From Prochlorococcus sp. AG-459-M13 (GTDB taxonomy: Bacteria > Cyanobacteriota > Cyanobacteriia > PCC-6307 > Cyanobiaceae): DNA of 64,000 bases. The translations under genes and the position numbers were made by a program. This document shows positions 1 to 10,816 of the stretch, one piece after another. The stretch's first letter is position 1. Every line of letters starts with the position of its first letter. The stretch covers positions 8,790 to 72,789 of the forward strand of contig QCRE01000002.1 in the NCBI GenBank assembly GCA_003212005.1. The letters are read 5' to 3'. The notes beneath the pieces were generated by a model. That model was not told the origin of the DNA. It did not search any database and was given only the letters and a program-made list of their open reading frames with translations.

Positions 1-2
1 AT

Positions 3-305
3 CTTTCAGAAAGTTTTGTTTATTTAAATAGCGACCCTATAGAAATAAATTCTTCAAAATTAACCCTAAAAGAAATAATTCCAAGTAGTGGTTTAATCAT
101 TAAAAATGATCCTTCGATACCGTTTATTTATTTATCTTTTACGATTATAATTTTCGGAACAATTTTCAGTCTTATTCCTACAAATCAACTATGGATCTAT
201 TTCAATAAAAATTCAAACAAATTGTATATTGGTGGTTTAAGTAATAGAAATCTACTTGGTTTTAAAAAAGAATTTCTAAAATTAGCAGCAGAGATAAAGA
301 ATTAG
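3..305 (+). CDS. ccsB: cytochrome c biogenesis protein Ccs1/CcsB (ResB family), 3' end; gene starts before the window
   Basis: Read by hand, open frame to TAG at 303-305: ...[39 protein letters not shown]...[10 protein letters not shown]..., the typical ResB C-terminal SGL-x-IK-x-DP plus TM helix. Not in the ORF track. Confidence 0.85.
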   Translation, partial: LSESFVYLNSDPIEINSSKLTLKEIIPSSGLIIKNDPSIPFIYLSFTIIIFGTIFSLIPTNQLWIYFNKNSNKLYIGGLSNRNLLGFKKEFLKLAAEIKN

Positions 306-712
306 TTTCTTTTCTGACCACTATAAACATCTAATTTCATTGAAACATTTCCTCTAGGATTAAAATCAGCACTTAAATGTATCCAATGAGGTTCTGCGGC
401 ATTCAAGAGATCATCCATAATTTTATTTACAACTTCTTCATGTGATATTTTGAGATCTCTAAAGTTATTAATATAAAGTTTTAAAGACTTCAACTCGTAT
501 ACTTTGTCATTTGGCTGGTAAAAAATGTTTAATTTTGCAAAATCCGGATAACCAGAGAATGGGCATTTACAAGTGAATTCAGGCAACTCAATTGAAATAT
601 CATAAAATCTTTTTTTATTAGGATTTTCAAAGCAAATTATTCTTGAATCTTCTATATTTCTCTCACCATATAAAGGTTTTTTAGTCGAATCGTGTAAATT
701 AGCTGCGCTCAT
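302..712 (-). CDS. queF: 7-cyano-7-deazaguanine (preQ0) reductase QueF, short unimodular type
   Basis: [28 protein letters not shown] and FNPRGN motifs. Confidence 0.95.
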   Translation of the reverse strand: MSAANLHDSTKKPLYGERNIEDSRIICFENPNKKRFYDISIELPEFTCKCPFSGYPDFAKLNIFYQPNDKVYELKSLKLYINNFRDLKISHEEVVNKIMDDLLNAAEPHWIHLSADFNPRGNVSMKLDVYSGQKRN

Positions 713-822
713 TTTTCAAAATCATCTGTACTAAAACTATATAAAAAGTTTATAATCGGCAAAAATTAAATAAATAAATAAGTATTACAAATCAATAAGT
801 CAAAGGATATAAATTTTTAATT

Positions 823-838
823 TGTATCAACAATTACA
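823..838 (+). promoter_or_regulatory. NtcA-binding site (TGTA-N8-TACA)
   Basis: TGTATCAACAATTACA matches the GTA-N8-TAC consensus, 50 bp upstream of the ORF that precedes glnB. Confidence 0.75.
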
Positions 839-887
839 ATCTTAAGGTCATTTTAGAGGCTTATATGTATTTAGCTTCAAAAATTTT

Positions 888-1133
888 ATGGACATTTGTT
901 TGGTAAATATTGACAATAACCTAAATAAATCCCTTCAACCCAAGAGTATATTAGGCATGTTATGGCTGCAAACTCATTTTGATAATGAGCAGTGGGACGC
1001 ATTGTCTAATAATGAGGTAATAATTTCAGATGAAAATTCTAAATTATTAGTTAAAGATGCTATAAGCGCAGGGCTAAAGATCGAATCATTTTCTGGGATT
1101 TCAACGCTGGATGTTTTTCAGAAAAAGAATTAA
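888..1133 (+). CDS. small hypothetical protein upstream of glnB
   Basis: 81-aa ORF, 24 bp before glnB on the same strand; contains GMLWLQTHF...W. Confidence 0.8.
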   Translation: MDICLVNIDNNLNKSLQPKSILGMLWLQTHFDNEQWDALSNNEVIISDENSKLLVKDAISAGLKIESFSGISTLDVFQKKN

Positions 1134-1154
1134 ACTTTAAATATTCGATAGTAA

Positions 1155-1496
<342 letters not shown>

Positions 1497-2309
1497 TTAA
1501 AGAGTATCTTTTACAAGGTTTTCTATAAATTTTCTATTTATTATTGGATTAGAGATTTCGGTCTTAGACATCCATGCTAGATATTCATGATTTCCTGCTG
1601 GACCTATTAAGGGTGAAGCTATCAAACCTTTAATATTCCAATTTAATTCTTCTGCCGTATTAATAACTGACTCTATAGCCTCAATATGATATTCAGCGTT
1701 TCTTACGACACCCCCTTTACTAACTTTATCTTTACCGACCTCAAATTGAGGTTTAATTAGAAATATTCCCTCTATAAAATCTCCAAAAAGTAAATTATTA
1801 AGAGGCTCAAAAACTAACCTTAATGAAATAAATGATAAATCAGCTACGACAAAATTTGGCAATAAATTTTCTGCAGAACATAAATCTAGAGGGTTTAAAT
1901 AGCGAATATTCTTTCTTTCAAGGAGTATCACTTTTGGGTTTTTCCTAATTTCCCAAGCCGTTTGTCCATAACCTACATCTACTCCATAAACCATTTTTGC
2001 GCCTTGTTGCAACAAGCAATCAGTAAATCCTCCTGTAGAAATTCCAGCATCTATACAAACTCTATTTTTTACATTAATTTTTAATTTTTTAAAAGCCTCT
2101 AATAATTTTTCACCTCCTCTTGATACAAATTGTGGTTCAGATTCAATTAAAAATTCAGATCCTAATAATACTTGCTGGCCAGGCTTATCAAAAATCTTCC
2201 CATTACTATCTTTAACCTTTCCAGCAAGGATCAAACGCTGAGCCTTTTGACGAGTTTCGCATAAACCTTTAGATAGAAGATAAAGGTCTAATCTGCTTTT
2301 ATTAATCAT
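1497..2309 (-). CDS. tlyA: TlyA-family rRNA 2'-O-methyltransferase (S4 + FtsJ domains)
   Basis: RLDLYL S4 start, FVSRGGEKL, DAGISTGGFTDCLLQ, DLSFISL, IKPQFE, GNHEYL. Confidence 0.93.
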   Translation of the reverse strand: MINKSRLDLYLLSKGLCETRQKAQRLILAGKVKDSNGKIFDKPGQQVLLGSEFLIESEPQFVSRGGEKLLEAFKKLKINVKNRVCIDAGISTGGFTDCLLQQGAKMVYGVDVGYGQTAWEIRKNPKVILLERKNIRYLNPLDLCSAENLLPNFVVADLSFISLRLVFEPLNNLLFGDFIEGIFLIKPQFEVGKDKVSKGGVVRNAEYHIEAIESVINTAEELNWNIKGLIASPLIGPAGNHEYLAWMSKTEISNPIINRKFIENLVKDTL

Positions 2310-2593
2310 CTCTTATACAAAAAATATAATTTTTATTAGTTTGGTAAGTACTATTTTAAATTTATATTTTTCAAACATAATGCAAATTTTTACAATTAAA
2401 AAAGTATCTTTTTTAATTTTAAAAGATAATTTATTAACATATTTTAGACATTTATAAAATGACTTAATATTTATAAATAAAAAACTATAACATCAGGAAA
2501 ATTATAATTATCCTTAGATGTGCATTGGCAATTAAATCTTTAATGTATAGAGCAATTATTTGATTTTAGTTATAAAGTTGAAATTGAAGATGA

Positions 2594-3898
2594 TTGAAAT
2601 TTGTGATTGAGCGTTACACATTACCCGAAATGGGAAGTATCTGGACTGAAAATGCGAAACTCCAGAGTTGGCTTAAAGTTGAAATAGCTGCATGCGAGGC
2701 AAATTATAATCTTGGGAAAATGCCTGAAGCGGCTTTAAAAGAAATTCGTTTAAAAGCAAAATTTAAGGAATCAAGAATAAAAGAAATTGAAAAAGAAGTA
2801 AAACATGATGTAATTGCTTTTCTTACAAATATCAATGAATATGTTGGAGATTCTGGAAGATATATTCATGTTGGGATGACTAGTAGTGATGTGCTTGATA
2901 CTGGCCTGTCTTTACAGCTAAAAGATTCTTGCGAGTTGTTATTAAAGGAAATTGAAAAGCTTGAAAATGAAGTCAGATTATTAGCAAGACAGCATAAAAA
3001 AACATTAATGATTGGGAGATCACACGCAATTCATGGAGAGCCTATTTCTTTTGGGTTTAAATTGGCAGGATGGTTAGCAGAAATATTAAGAGATAAAAAA
3101 AGATTATCAACACTGAAAGAATCTATTTCTATAGGACAAATAAGTGGAGCAATGGGTACTTATGCTAATACAAATCCCGAAATAGAAAAAATAACTTGCG
3201 ATTTGCTTGGTTTAAAACCAGACACAGCAAGTACCCAAGTTATATCAAGAGATAGACATGCAGAATATGTTCAAACAATTGCGCTAGTTGGAGCTTCACT
3301 TGATAGATTTGCAACAGAAATACGTAACCTTCAGAGAACAGATGTTTTAGAAGTTGAAGAGGGATTTACAAAGGGACAAAAAGGCAGTTCAGCTATGCCA
3401 CACAAAAGAAACCCTATTCGTAGTGAGAGGGTTAGCGGTTTATCTAGAATTTTGAGAAGTTATGTTGTAACAGCTCTTGAGAATGTCCCTCTTTGGCATG
3501 AGAGAGATATTAGTCATAGTTCGAATGAAAGAATCATGTTACCCGATGTTTCTATATGCCTACATTTTATGATTAGAGAAATGCAAGAGATAATAAGAGA
3601 TTTAAAAGTTTATCCAGATAATATGCTTAAAAATTTAAATATATATGGGGGCGTAATCTTCAGTCAAAAAGTACTTCTTTTGCTTGTTGAGAAGGGTTTG
3701 TCTAGAGAAAAGGCTTATACTTTAGTTCAAAAAAATGCCCATAAAGCTTGGAATAATGAGAATGGTAATTTCAAAAAAAATATTGAATCAGATCAAGAGA
3801 TAATGGAATTAGTTACTGATAATGATTTAATGGAATGCTTCGACCCTTCCATTCATCTCAACAATTTAAATGTAATATGGGAAAAGTTAAGTATTTAA
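2594..3898 (+). CDS. purB: adenylosuccinate lyase (GTG at 2603 is the likelier start)
   Basis: HDVIAF, GMTSSD, GSSAMPHKRNP signature. Confidence 0.97.
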   Translation: MKFVIERYTLPEMGSIWTENAKLQSWLKVEIAACEANYNLGKMPEAALKEIRLKAKFKESRIKEIEKEVKHDVIAFLTNINEYVGDSGRYIHVGMTSSDVLDTGLSLQLKDSCELLLKEIEKLENEVRLLARQHKKTLMIGRSHAIHGEPISFGFKLAGWLAEILRDKKRLSTLKESISIGQISGAMGTYANTNPEIEKITCDLLGLKPDTASTQVISRDRHAEYVQTIALVGASLDRFATEIRNLQRTDVLEVEEGFTKGQKGSSAMPHKRNPIRSERVSGLSRILRSYVVTALENVPLWHERDISHSSNERIMLPDVSICLHFMIREMQEIIRDLKVYPDNMLKNLNIYGGVIFSQKVLLLLVEKGLSREKAYTLVQKNAHKAWNNENGNFKKNIESDQEIMELVTDNDLMECFDPSIHLNNLNVIWEKLSI

Positions 3899-3947
3899 AT
3901 CTTTTAAATCTTATTTGAAGTTTAACCACAGTTTTTAGAACAATTTA

Positions 3948-5333
3948 ATGACCAAAAACTTTAGATTTGAAAAAGATAGCATGGGAGAAATTAAGGTCCC
4001 TGCTGAGGCTTTGTGGGGAGCTCAAACACAGAGATCAATCGTAAATTTTTCTTTTGGCAAGGAATTAATTCCAATTGAATTAATTTATTCAATTACAATA
4101 ATTAAAAAAGCAGCAGCAATTACTAATTGCAAATTAGGTTTAATTGATAAAGTAAAAAAAGATCTAATTATTGAGGCCTGCACTGAAATACTCGATGGGA
4201 AACATGATTCTCAGTTTCCGTTGAAAATATGGCAAACAGGTAGTGGTACGCAAACAAATATGAATATTAATGAGGTAATATCTAATATTGCAGCATTAAA
4301 AACAAATTCTAAACTAGGGAGTCACGAGCCTATACATCCAAATGACGATGTCAATAAATCTCAATCTACCAATGATACTTTCCCAACTGCTATTCAGATA
4401 TCGGTAGTTGCAGAAATATTGAAAAAATTAGTTCCATCAATAAGGGAACTTTCTGGAGCTCTAGATAAAAAGAGTAATGAATGGAAAGATATAATCAAGA
4501 TTGGCAGAACTCATTTACAAGATGCGGTACCAATTTCCCTTGGGCAAGAAGTTGCGACGTGGTCAAAACAACTGAAAGATGCCGAAGACGCTCTACTAAT
4601 GAGTCTTGATGAATTATCTTTCCTACCATTAGGAGGAACTGCAGTTGGCACAGGAATTAATTGTCCAAAAGATTTTTCTGAAGAATCTATAAAAATAATT
4701 TCAGAGGATACTGAACTAATATTTTACAAATCAAAAAATCATTTCTCTTTGATGGCATCACATGATCGATTAGCGAATGTAATGAGTCAAATAAAAATCT
4801 TAGCTAGTGCATTATTTAAGATTTCTAATGATATTAAAATATTATCCTCTGGCCCTAGATCAGGTATTTATGAATTAATCATTCCACAGAATGAACCTGG
4901 TAGTTCAATAATGCCAGGCAAAGTAAATCCAACTCAATGCGAATCCTTATCAATGGTATGTACTCAAGTAATGGGTTATGAATATGCCGTATCAATGGCT
5001 AATTCCAGTGGTACTTTACAAATGAATGAATACAAGCCACTCATTGGATTTAATATTTTAACGAGCATACAATTACTAACTAATTCGATAAGTAACTTCA
5101 GAATAAAATTAGTAGAGGGTTTAAAGCCAAACCCAAAAATCATAAAAAAAAATCTAGAAAATTCACTTATGCTCGTAACAGCATTGGTTCCTAAAATAGG
5201 TTATGAAAAAGCAGCAGAAATTGCAAATCTTGCCTTTAATGAATCAATAAACCTAAAAGAAGCAACTATAAAATTAGGTTATTTAAGTGCTAATGATTTT
5301 GATCATGCTACAAATACAAACGAAATGATTTAA
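3948..5333 (+). CDS. fumC: class II fumarate hydratase
   Basis: WGAQTQRS, QTGSGTQTNMN, GRTHLQDA, GSSIMPGKVNP. Confidence 0.97.
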   Translation: MTKNFRFEKDSMGEIKVPAEALWGAQTQRSIVNFSFGKELIPIELIYSITIIKKAAAITNCKLGLIDKVKKDLIIEACTEILDGKHDSQFPLKIWQTGSGTQTNMNINEVISNIAALKTNSKLGSHEPIHPNDDVNKSQSTNDTFPTAIQISVVAEILKKLVPSIRELSGALDKKSNEWKDIIKIGRTHLQDAVPISLGQEVATWSKQLKDAEDALLMSLDELSFLPLGGTAVGTGINCPKDFSEESIKIISEDTELIFYKSKNHFSLMASHDRLANVMSQIKILASALFKISNDIKILSSGPRSGIYELIIPQNEPGSSIMPGKVNPTQCESLSMVCTQVMGYEYAVSMANSSGTLQMNEYKPLIGFNILTSIQLLTNSISNFRIKLVEGLKPNPKIIKKNLENSLMLVTALVPKIGYEKAAEIANLAFNESINLKEATIKLGYLSANDFDHATNTNEMI

Positions 5334-5340
5334 TTAAGGG

Positions 5341-8070
5341 TTATAGAGGATTATTATCAATTCTTTTTGTCGCAGGATTTGTATTATCAGCGACTTGCAA
5401 CAAATCGTTCGATTCAGAAACAGGAAATCTATTAATAGCTTTTAATGCTAATTTTGCTTTATTTTTTAGTTTATTTCCAACTCCTTTGCAATATTGAATT
5501 TGTGATAAAACATCTATTGATCTTCTCAAGATCCTTACAACATCTCCCTCATCTAAAGAAGTATTAAAAATTAATTCTTTCCATTTTTTACCCTTTGCCC
5601 ATTCTGTAATTATTCCAGTTAAATCTATATCTAAAAAAATTGGAGTTTCAATATAGAACTTATTTTGTTGTGAGGAAACTAATTTTCTTAGGCCCTCTAA
5701 CTCATTAAAAACATCTATAACTTTTATTGAGGGCTTAAAATTACACCAAAGATTTGGTCTTCTTACATCAACACAAATTGCTTGAATGATTGCTGCTAAA
5801 TCTGGCGGTTCTAAATCATCCAAATAGCCACTGAGCAAAACAAGTCCGACCCATAATGCATTTTCACTTCTTATTGCTCCAACTGATTCTCCAACTTCGG
5901 TAAGTTCTAAATCATTCAAACAGCCAAAATGATTCAAAATTTTAATTAAATCTGTAAATTTTTTCCAATTATAATTTTCTTTATCTTCTAGAAGATTATT
6001 TCTCATAACAATTTCCTGCTCGATCTCGATGATCCTTTTTCTATATCTTTTCAATTTTTTTGAGTCGCCAAATCTATGCGCAGGCTGATTAGTTATTGTT
6101 TCATCCAAATTAATAATTAGTTTCTTTTGTGCTAAAACTTCAGTTGTTAAATCATATTGAGGAGTTTTTAAATCATATTTTTCAGAAATTTTAAAGATTT
6201 TATCTGCAAACGTTTTTGATTCATTATCACCTCTCACTACTTCTCCTAAAAAATTCATCTTAGGTTGTTCAAGCTTTACAATTTCAATCTCTTCTAACTC
6301 GGGAAAAATATTTACTATGTTAGAAGGCTTTATAAGAATAAATAAATTATCAATTGTTAAACAAAGCAAACTTTGAATTTTTCTTGAATCATAAATTTTT
6401 TTACAAATCACTGCTGGAACAACCTTCCTGTTTAATTGAGGTGCTCTGATAGATATTAAACTGCCATCTTTTATAAAAGTAAGTGCATTGGAGATCTCTT
6501 CAGATAATTTATCAGATGCTTGTTTTTCGAGTATTCTTAATAATCTTCTTTCTTCTTTTAAACGACTTTTCAAGTTTTCATATGCATCAAAATCTTGCCA
6601 AGAAATATTAGAAGTTATTTTTTTTAGTTCTATCAAATCCATATCTAACTTATCAAGAATTACCTTCTCTTCTGAGTATGCTCCTAAATATAAAAAGCTA
6701 CCAAAACTTCTTTTTATTAATTCTCGTGATTTATCTAGACTATAATTTTGCAGAAGGTTTAAAACCATTCCATAGCTTGGAGTGAATTGACTAACAAGTG
6801 GATTTGGCTGACTTATAGCTAGATTACTAGCTTCTTTCGCACCTTCAAATCTTGTTTGTAATGTTACTACGTATCCCTGTGAATCCTTTCCTCTTCTCCC
6901 GGCCCTTCCTGACATCTGCAGAAATTCACTGCTAAATAATAATCTATGACCTTCCTCTGTCCTTTTTGATAATGTAGATATTACTGTTGTTCTTGCAGGC
7001 ATATTAATTCCTGCAGCTAAAGTTTCTGTTGCAAAGACAACTTTGATTAAACCTTTTTGAAAAAGTCCCTCAACTAATTCTTTCCAAGCTGGTAGTAAAC
7101 CCGCATGGTGAGAAGCAATTCCTCTTTTCAAGGCTTCGCAATGTAATTTATCTTTGATGCCCTCTTTATTATTCTTCAGATAAACATCTAATCTTTGTGA
7201 TATCAAACTTGCTTCTGAATAATTTACTAAAGATAAGTCTTTCACATGTTCGATAGCCTTATCACATCCTCTTCTACTAAAAATAAAATAAATAGCAGGT
7301 AACATATTTCTCTCTGCAAGTTTGGCAATCACAAAGCTGATTGGAGGAGACTTTGGTTGTGTTATCCTGCCCACTTTCCCCTTCTTTTTTTGCCCTTTTG
7401 GAGCTCTCCAAATCTTACAGTTTGGATGAATTCCATTACCCTTATTATTCAAAAGAGGATGGAGCCCCTTTGAGCTGCAGAAAATAAAATCCAATGGAAC
7501 TGGTCTTTTATCACTGTTTACAAGTACTGTAGGTCCATGTACTTTTTCTATCCATTTTTGAAGTTGATCTGCATTCGAGATAGTTGCTGATAAAGCTATT
7601 ATCTGAGTTCTACTAGGACAATGAATTATTGTTTCTTCCCAAACTGTACCTCTTTGCGGATCATTCATATAATGACATTCATCAAGAATTACAGACTCTA
7701 GATTATCCAATGGATCATCAAATTCTTCAAATTCTCCATAGAGCATGTTCCTGAAAATCTCAGTTGTCATAACTAAGATGGGAGCATCTCTATTTATACT
7801 GATATCTCCTGTAAGAAGACCTACTTTCTTATCTCCAAACTGAATAATAAAATCCCTAAATTTTTGATTTGATAAAGCTTTTAAAGGCGTTGTATAAAAA
7901 ACTTTACTTTCATGAGATAAGGCTCGATAAATAGCAAATTCACCAATCAATGTTTTACCTGAACCGGTAGGCGCAGTTAAAACAACAGAATTTCCACTAT
8001 TTATAGCTTTTATTGCTTCTATTTGGAAAGGATCTAGTTGGAATGGAAAATATTCCTCTAAATCAAGCAA
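5341..8070 (-). CDS. Ski2/HelY-like DExH-box RNA helicase with DSHCT domain
   Basis: APTGSGKT, PLKALSNQK, DECH, SAT, TETLAAGINMPA, QMSGRAGRRG, C-terminal LDEGDVVR. Confidence 0.92.
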   Translation of the reverse strand: MLDLEEYFPFQLDPFQIEAIKAINSGNSVVLTAPTGSGKTLIGEFAIYRALSHESKVFYTTPLKALSNQKFRDFIIQFGDKKVGLLTGDISINRDAPILVMTTEIFRNMLYGEFEEFDDPLDNLESVILDECHYMNDPQRGTVWEETIIHCPSRTQIIALSATISNADQLQKWIEKVHGPTVLVNSDKRPVPLDFIFCSSKGLHPLLNNKGNGIHPNCKIWRAPKGQKKKGKVGRITQPKSPPISFVIAKLAERNMLPAIYFIFSRRGCDKAIEHVKDLSLVNYSEASLISQRLDVYLKNNKEGIKDKLHCEALKRGIASHHAGLLPAWKELVEGLFQKGLIKVVFATETLAAGINMPARTTVISTLSKRTEEGHRLLFSSEFLQMSGRAGRRGKDSQGYVVTLQTRFEGAKEASNLAISQPNPLVSQFTPSYGMVLNLLQNYSLDKSRELIKRSFGSFLYLGAYSEEKVILDKLDMDLIELKKITSNISWQDFDAYENLKSRLKEERRLLRILEKQASDKLSEEISNALTFIKDGSLISIRAPQLNRKVVPAVICKKIYDSRKIQSLLCLTIDNLFILIKPSNIVNIFPELEEIEIVKLEQPKMNFLGEVVRGDNESKTFADKIFKISEKYDLKTPQYDLTTEVLAQKKLIINLDETITNQPAHRFGDSKKLKRYRKRIIEIEQEIVMRNNLLEDKENYNWKKFTDLIKILNHFGCLNDLELTEVGESVGAIRSENALWVGLVLLSGYLDDLEPPDLAAIIQAICVDVRRPNLWCNFKPSIKVIDVFNELEGLRKLVSSQQNKFYIETPIFLDIDLTGIITEWAKGKKWKELIFNTSLDEGDVVRILRRSIDVLSQIQYCKGVGNKLKNKAKLALKAINRFPVSESNDLLQVADNTNPATKRIDNNPL

Positions 8071-8208
8071 TAATTGTGATTGAAAGGAGGAGGAGTTAAC
8101 TTCTTAATATATGATCTATATTGATATTAATAAACAATAAACACATTGCACACTTTTATAGTAAATCTAGATCATTTCATAAAATCAAAGAGTTGGATTT
8201 ATTAAATA

Positions 8209-9351
8209 ATGAATAAAATCAGGATCCCCAAAAATAGAATACGTAAATTAAAAACATTTACTTTGGGTCAAAAACCATATGAACTACAAAATTTTAATTC
8301 AGCGAAAACTAAAAACAATCTCATTGATTTATGTAGTAATGATTATCTTGGATTAAGTAGAGATAAAGAAGTAATAAAAGCTTCTTACGAAATAAGCTTA
8401 TCTGAAGGTCTTGGTTCAGGTAGTTCAAGATTTATAACAGGATCAAGACCGATACATAAATTATTAGAGACACAACTTGCAGAATGGCTTAATCAGGAAA
8501 AAGTTCTTTTGTTCCCAAGTGGTTTTCAAGCTAATATTGCTGCTGTACAAGCATTGGCAAACAGAAATAGCATTGTAATTACTGATAAATTAATTCATAA
8601 TTCTTTATTAGTTGGAGTCAAAGCCTCTGGATCAAAACTAATAAGATTTGAACACAACAATTTAAAAGACTTAGAAAATAAAATTCTTCAATTTAATTCA
8701 ACACAAAAATCTATTCTTATAATTATTGAATCGCTTTACAGTATGGAAGGTTCAATTGCTCCTCTTAAAGAAATTACTGGAATCTGTAAAAAATATAATG
8801 TTCAATTACTTGTTGACGAGGCTCATGCTCTTGGTGTTTTAGGTCCCGAAGGCAAAGGCTTAAGTTTTGATTTCGCTGATGAGATTACTATGCTTACAGG
8901 AACGTTTGGTAAATCCTTTGGAAGTGGTGGTGCTTTCATAGCCTGTAACTCAAAAATTGGAGAATACCTTATTCAAACTAGTGGTGCATTTAGATATACA
9001 ACTGCTCTTTCACCAGCTTTAGCTGCAGGTGCACTTAAATCACTTCAAAAAATTAAAAATAACAAAGAGTGGGGTATTAATTTATTAATTGCCTCTAAAA
9101 AATGGAAAAAAGAAATTCTTCGAAATTTAAGTTTCCCAGTTAAAGGAGAATCTCAAATCTTATCTATAATTGTTGGACAAGAAGAAAAGGCTTTACTTCT
9201 GCAAAAGCATCTTGAAGAAAATGGTTTTTTAGCTATTGCTATTAGACCACCAACTGTTCCTCTAAATAAATCAAGAATAAGGTTGACAATTAGAAGAGAT
9301 TTAAATCTAGATATATTAAAAAATTTTATTTCAGTTTTGAAATCTTTCTAA
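8209..9351 (+). CDS. bioF: 8-amino-7-oxononanoate synthase
   Basis: SNDYLGL, SGFQAN, DEAHALG, TFGKSFG, AIRPPTVP. Confidence 0.95.
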   Translation: MNKIRIPKNRIRKLKTFTLGQKPYELQNFNSAKTKNNLIDLCSNDYLGLSRDKEVIKASYEISLSEGLGSGSSRFITGSRPIHKLLETQLAEWLNQEKVLLFPSGFQANIAAVQALANRNSIVITDKLIHNSLLVGVKASGSKLIRFEHNNLKDLENKILQFNSTQKSILIIIESLYSMEGSIAPLKEITGICKKYNVQLLVDEAHALGVLGPEGKGLSFDFADEITMLTGTFGKSFGSGGAFIACNSKIGEYLIQTSGAFRYTTALSPALAAGALKSLQKIKNNKEWGINLLIASKKWKKEILRNLSFPVKGESQILSIIVGQEEKALLLQKHLEENGFLAIAIRPPTVPLNKSRIRLTIRRDLNLDILKNFISVLKSF

Positions 9352-10068
9352 ATGAACCAAGTTATTACTCAGCATGGATGGGGATTAGATCAAAGGTTCT
9401 GGGATAGTTATAAAGTTGATTTTAAAAAAAATGGATGGCATTGGCAAAATAATGAAAGAGGTTATTTTTCAAAAAGCATCAATCAATCAAAATGGATAAA
9501 AAATAATTTGAATGATCAAATCAAAATGATTTTATGTCACTCTTTAGGTTTTCATTTACTCCAAGGAAATCTTTTAGATGAAGCATCCCATGTTGTCTTT
9601 ATAAATTCATTTAATAATTTTCTACCCAGAAGCAAAAAAAGAAATTTAATTTATAGAACTCTTAAGAGAATGGAGAAAAAAATAATGTCATTTGAAGCAG
9701 AGGAGATGTTGAAAGAGTTTATACATCGATCTTTTTCTCCAAATAATATGACCACTTATTTCCAAAATATGTTTTACAAAGATTTAGAAGATTTAAATAG
9801 TAATCTTTTATTAAAAGACCTTAAAAAGCTTTACACCGATAAAAACTCTTTAAAGTCTTTTAAAAAAAATTGCAATGTCATCATTATAAATTCCAAAAAC
9901 GATTTAATTCTTGACCAAGATTCAAGTAATAATTTTATTGAATTACTAAATAAAAAATTAACTAAAAAGCCAGTTTTAATTGAATTATCTAATCAAGGGC
10001 ACTGTCTGACTAATTTGAATTTTTACCAAATCATTAAAAGAACTCTGGAGAATGATCATGAAAAATAA
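9352..10068 (+). CDS. bioK: alpha/beta hydrolase, probable pimeloyl-ACP methyl ester esterase of the BioK type
   Basis: HGWG oxyanion motif, CHSLG nucleophile elbow, C-terminal GH; lies between bioF and bioC. Confidence 0.7.
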   Translation: MNQVITQHGWGLDQRFWDSYKVDFKKNGWHWQNNERGYFSKSINQSKWIKNNLNDQIKMILCHSLGFHLLQGNLLDEASHVVFINSFNNFLPRSKKRNLIYRTLKRMEKKIMSFEAEEMLKEFIHRSFSPNNMTTYFQNMFYKDLEDLNSNLLLKDLKKLYTDKNSLKSFKKNCNVIIINSKNDLILDQDSSNNFIELLNKKLTKKPVLIELSNQGHCLTNLNFYQIIKRTLENDHEK

Positions 10069-10816
10069 TATTTGGAATGAAACAGTTAAAAAAAACTTTA
10101 ATAATGCTGCTGAAAATTATTTAGGTTATTCAAATATTCAAAAATATTTTGCAGAAAAGATTGTTTCTTTCTTAAAAGACCTAAAAATTCAAAAAGGTGA
10201 GTGGATAGATCTTGGTTCAGGCACAGGCTTATTAGCTGATGAGATAGAAAAAGAATTTTCTAGAAAAAAAATTACCCGAATTGATTTCAGCAAAAAAATG
10301 CTCCTGCAGAATAAAGAATCTAGAAAAAAGATTTTGTGGGATTTAAATAATTGTTTACCTCCATCAATTAGAAACTGTCCTCTAATGACATCTAACTTTT
10401 GTATTCACTGGTTAGATGATCCTGAAAAAATTCTTAAAGATTGGTTTAGTAAATTAAGGTCAGAAGGTTATTTAATAGTTTCATATCCCACAATAAATTC
10501 CTTTCCTGAATGGAAAAAAACATGCAAAGAAACAAATATTGAATATAGCGGCCTAAATTTCCCTCTTTCAAGAGATATATTCAAAAGTTTCGACTGTAAT
10601 GAAATAATCTTCTCCAATAAGTACTCATATATAGAAAACTTTCCAGATATTTATAAACTATTCAGAAGCATAGTAAATGTGGGGGCTCAATCTAGCAAAT
10701 GTAAACGAAAAAAAGTACATGAATTAAAAAAATTGCAAAAGTTTTGGCCTAAAAAAGAGACTAACTCAGTTAACCTTACATGGGAAATAGAAATTCGAAT
10801 TTTAAAAAAATCATGA
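10052..10816 (+). CDS. bioC: malonyl-ACP O-methyltransferase
   Basis: F..AA..Y N-terminus, DLGSGTG SAM motif, SNFCIHW; position in biotin cluster. Confidence 0.85.
   Translation: MIMKNNIWNETVKKNFNNAAENYLGYSNIQKYFAEKIVSFLKDLKIQKGEWIDLGSGTGLLADEIEKEFSRKKITRIDFSKKMLLQNKESRKKILWDLNNCLPPSIRNCPLMTSNFCIHWLDDPEKILKDWFSKLRSEGYLIVSYPTINSFPEWKKTCKETNIEYSGLNFPLSRDIFKSFDCNEIIFSNKYSYIENFPDIYKLFRSIVNVGAQSSKCKRKKVHELKKLQKFWPKKETNSVNLTWEIEIRILKKS

Noticed and set aside
1497-2309. Hemolysin / virulence factor
   Set aside because: TlyA is an S4-FtsJ rRNA methyltransferase widespread in non-pathogens
2310-2593. Hidden sRNA or small gene in the tlyA-purB divergent spacer
   Set aside because: Extremely AT-rich with no convincing ORF, stable hairpin or terminator
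5341-8070. Helicase as part of an anti-phage defence system
   Set aside because: Typical housekeeping Ski2/HelY architecture between fumC and bioF, with no nuclease or defence partners
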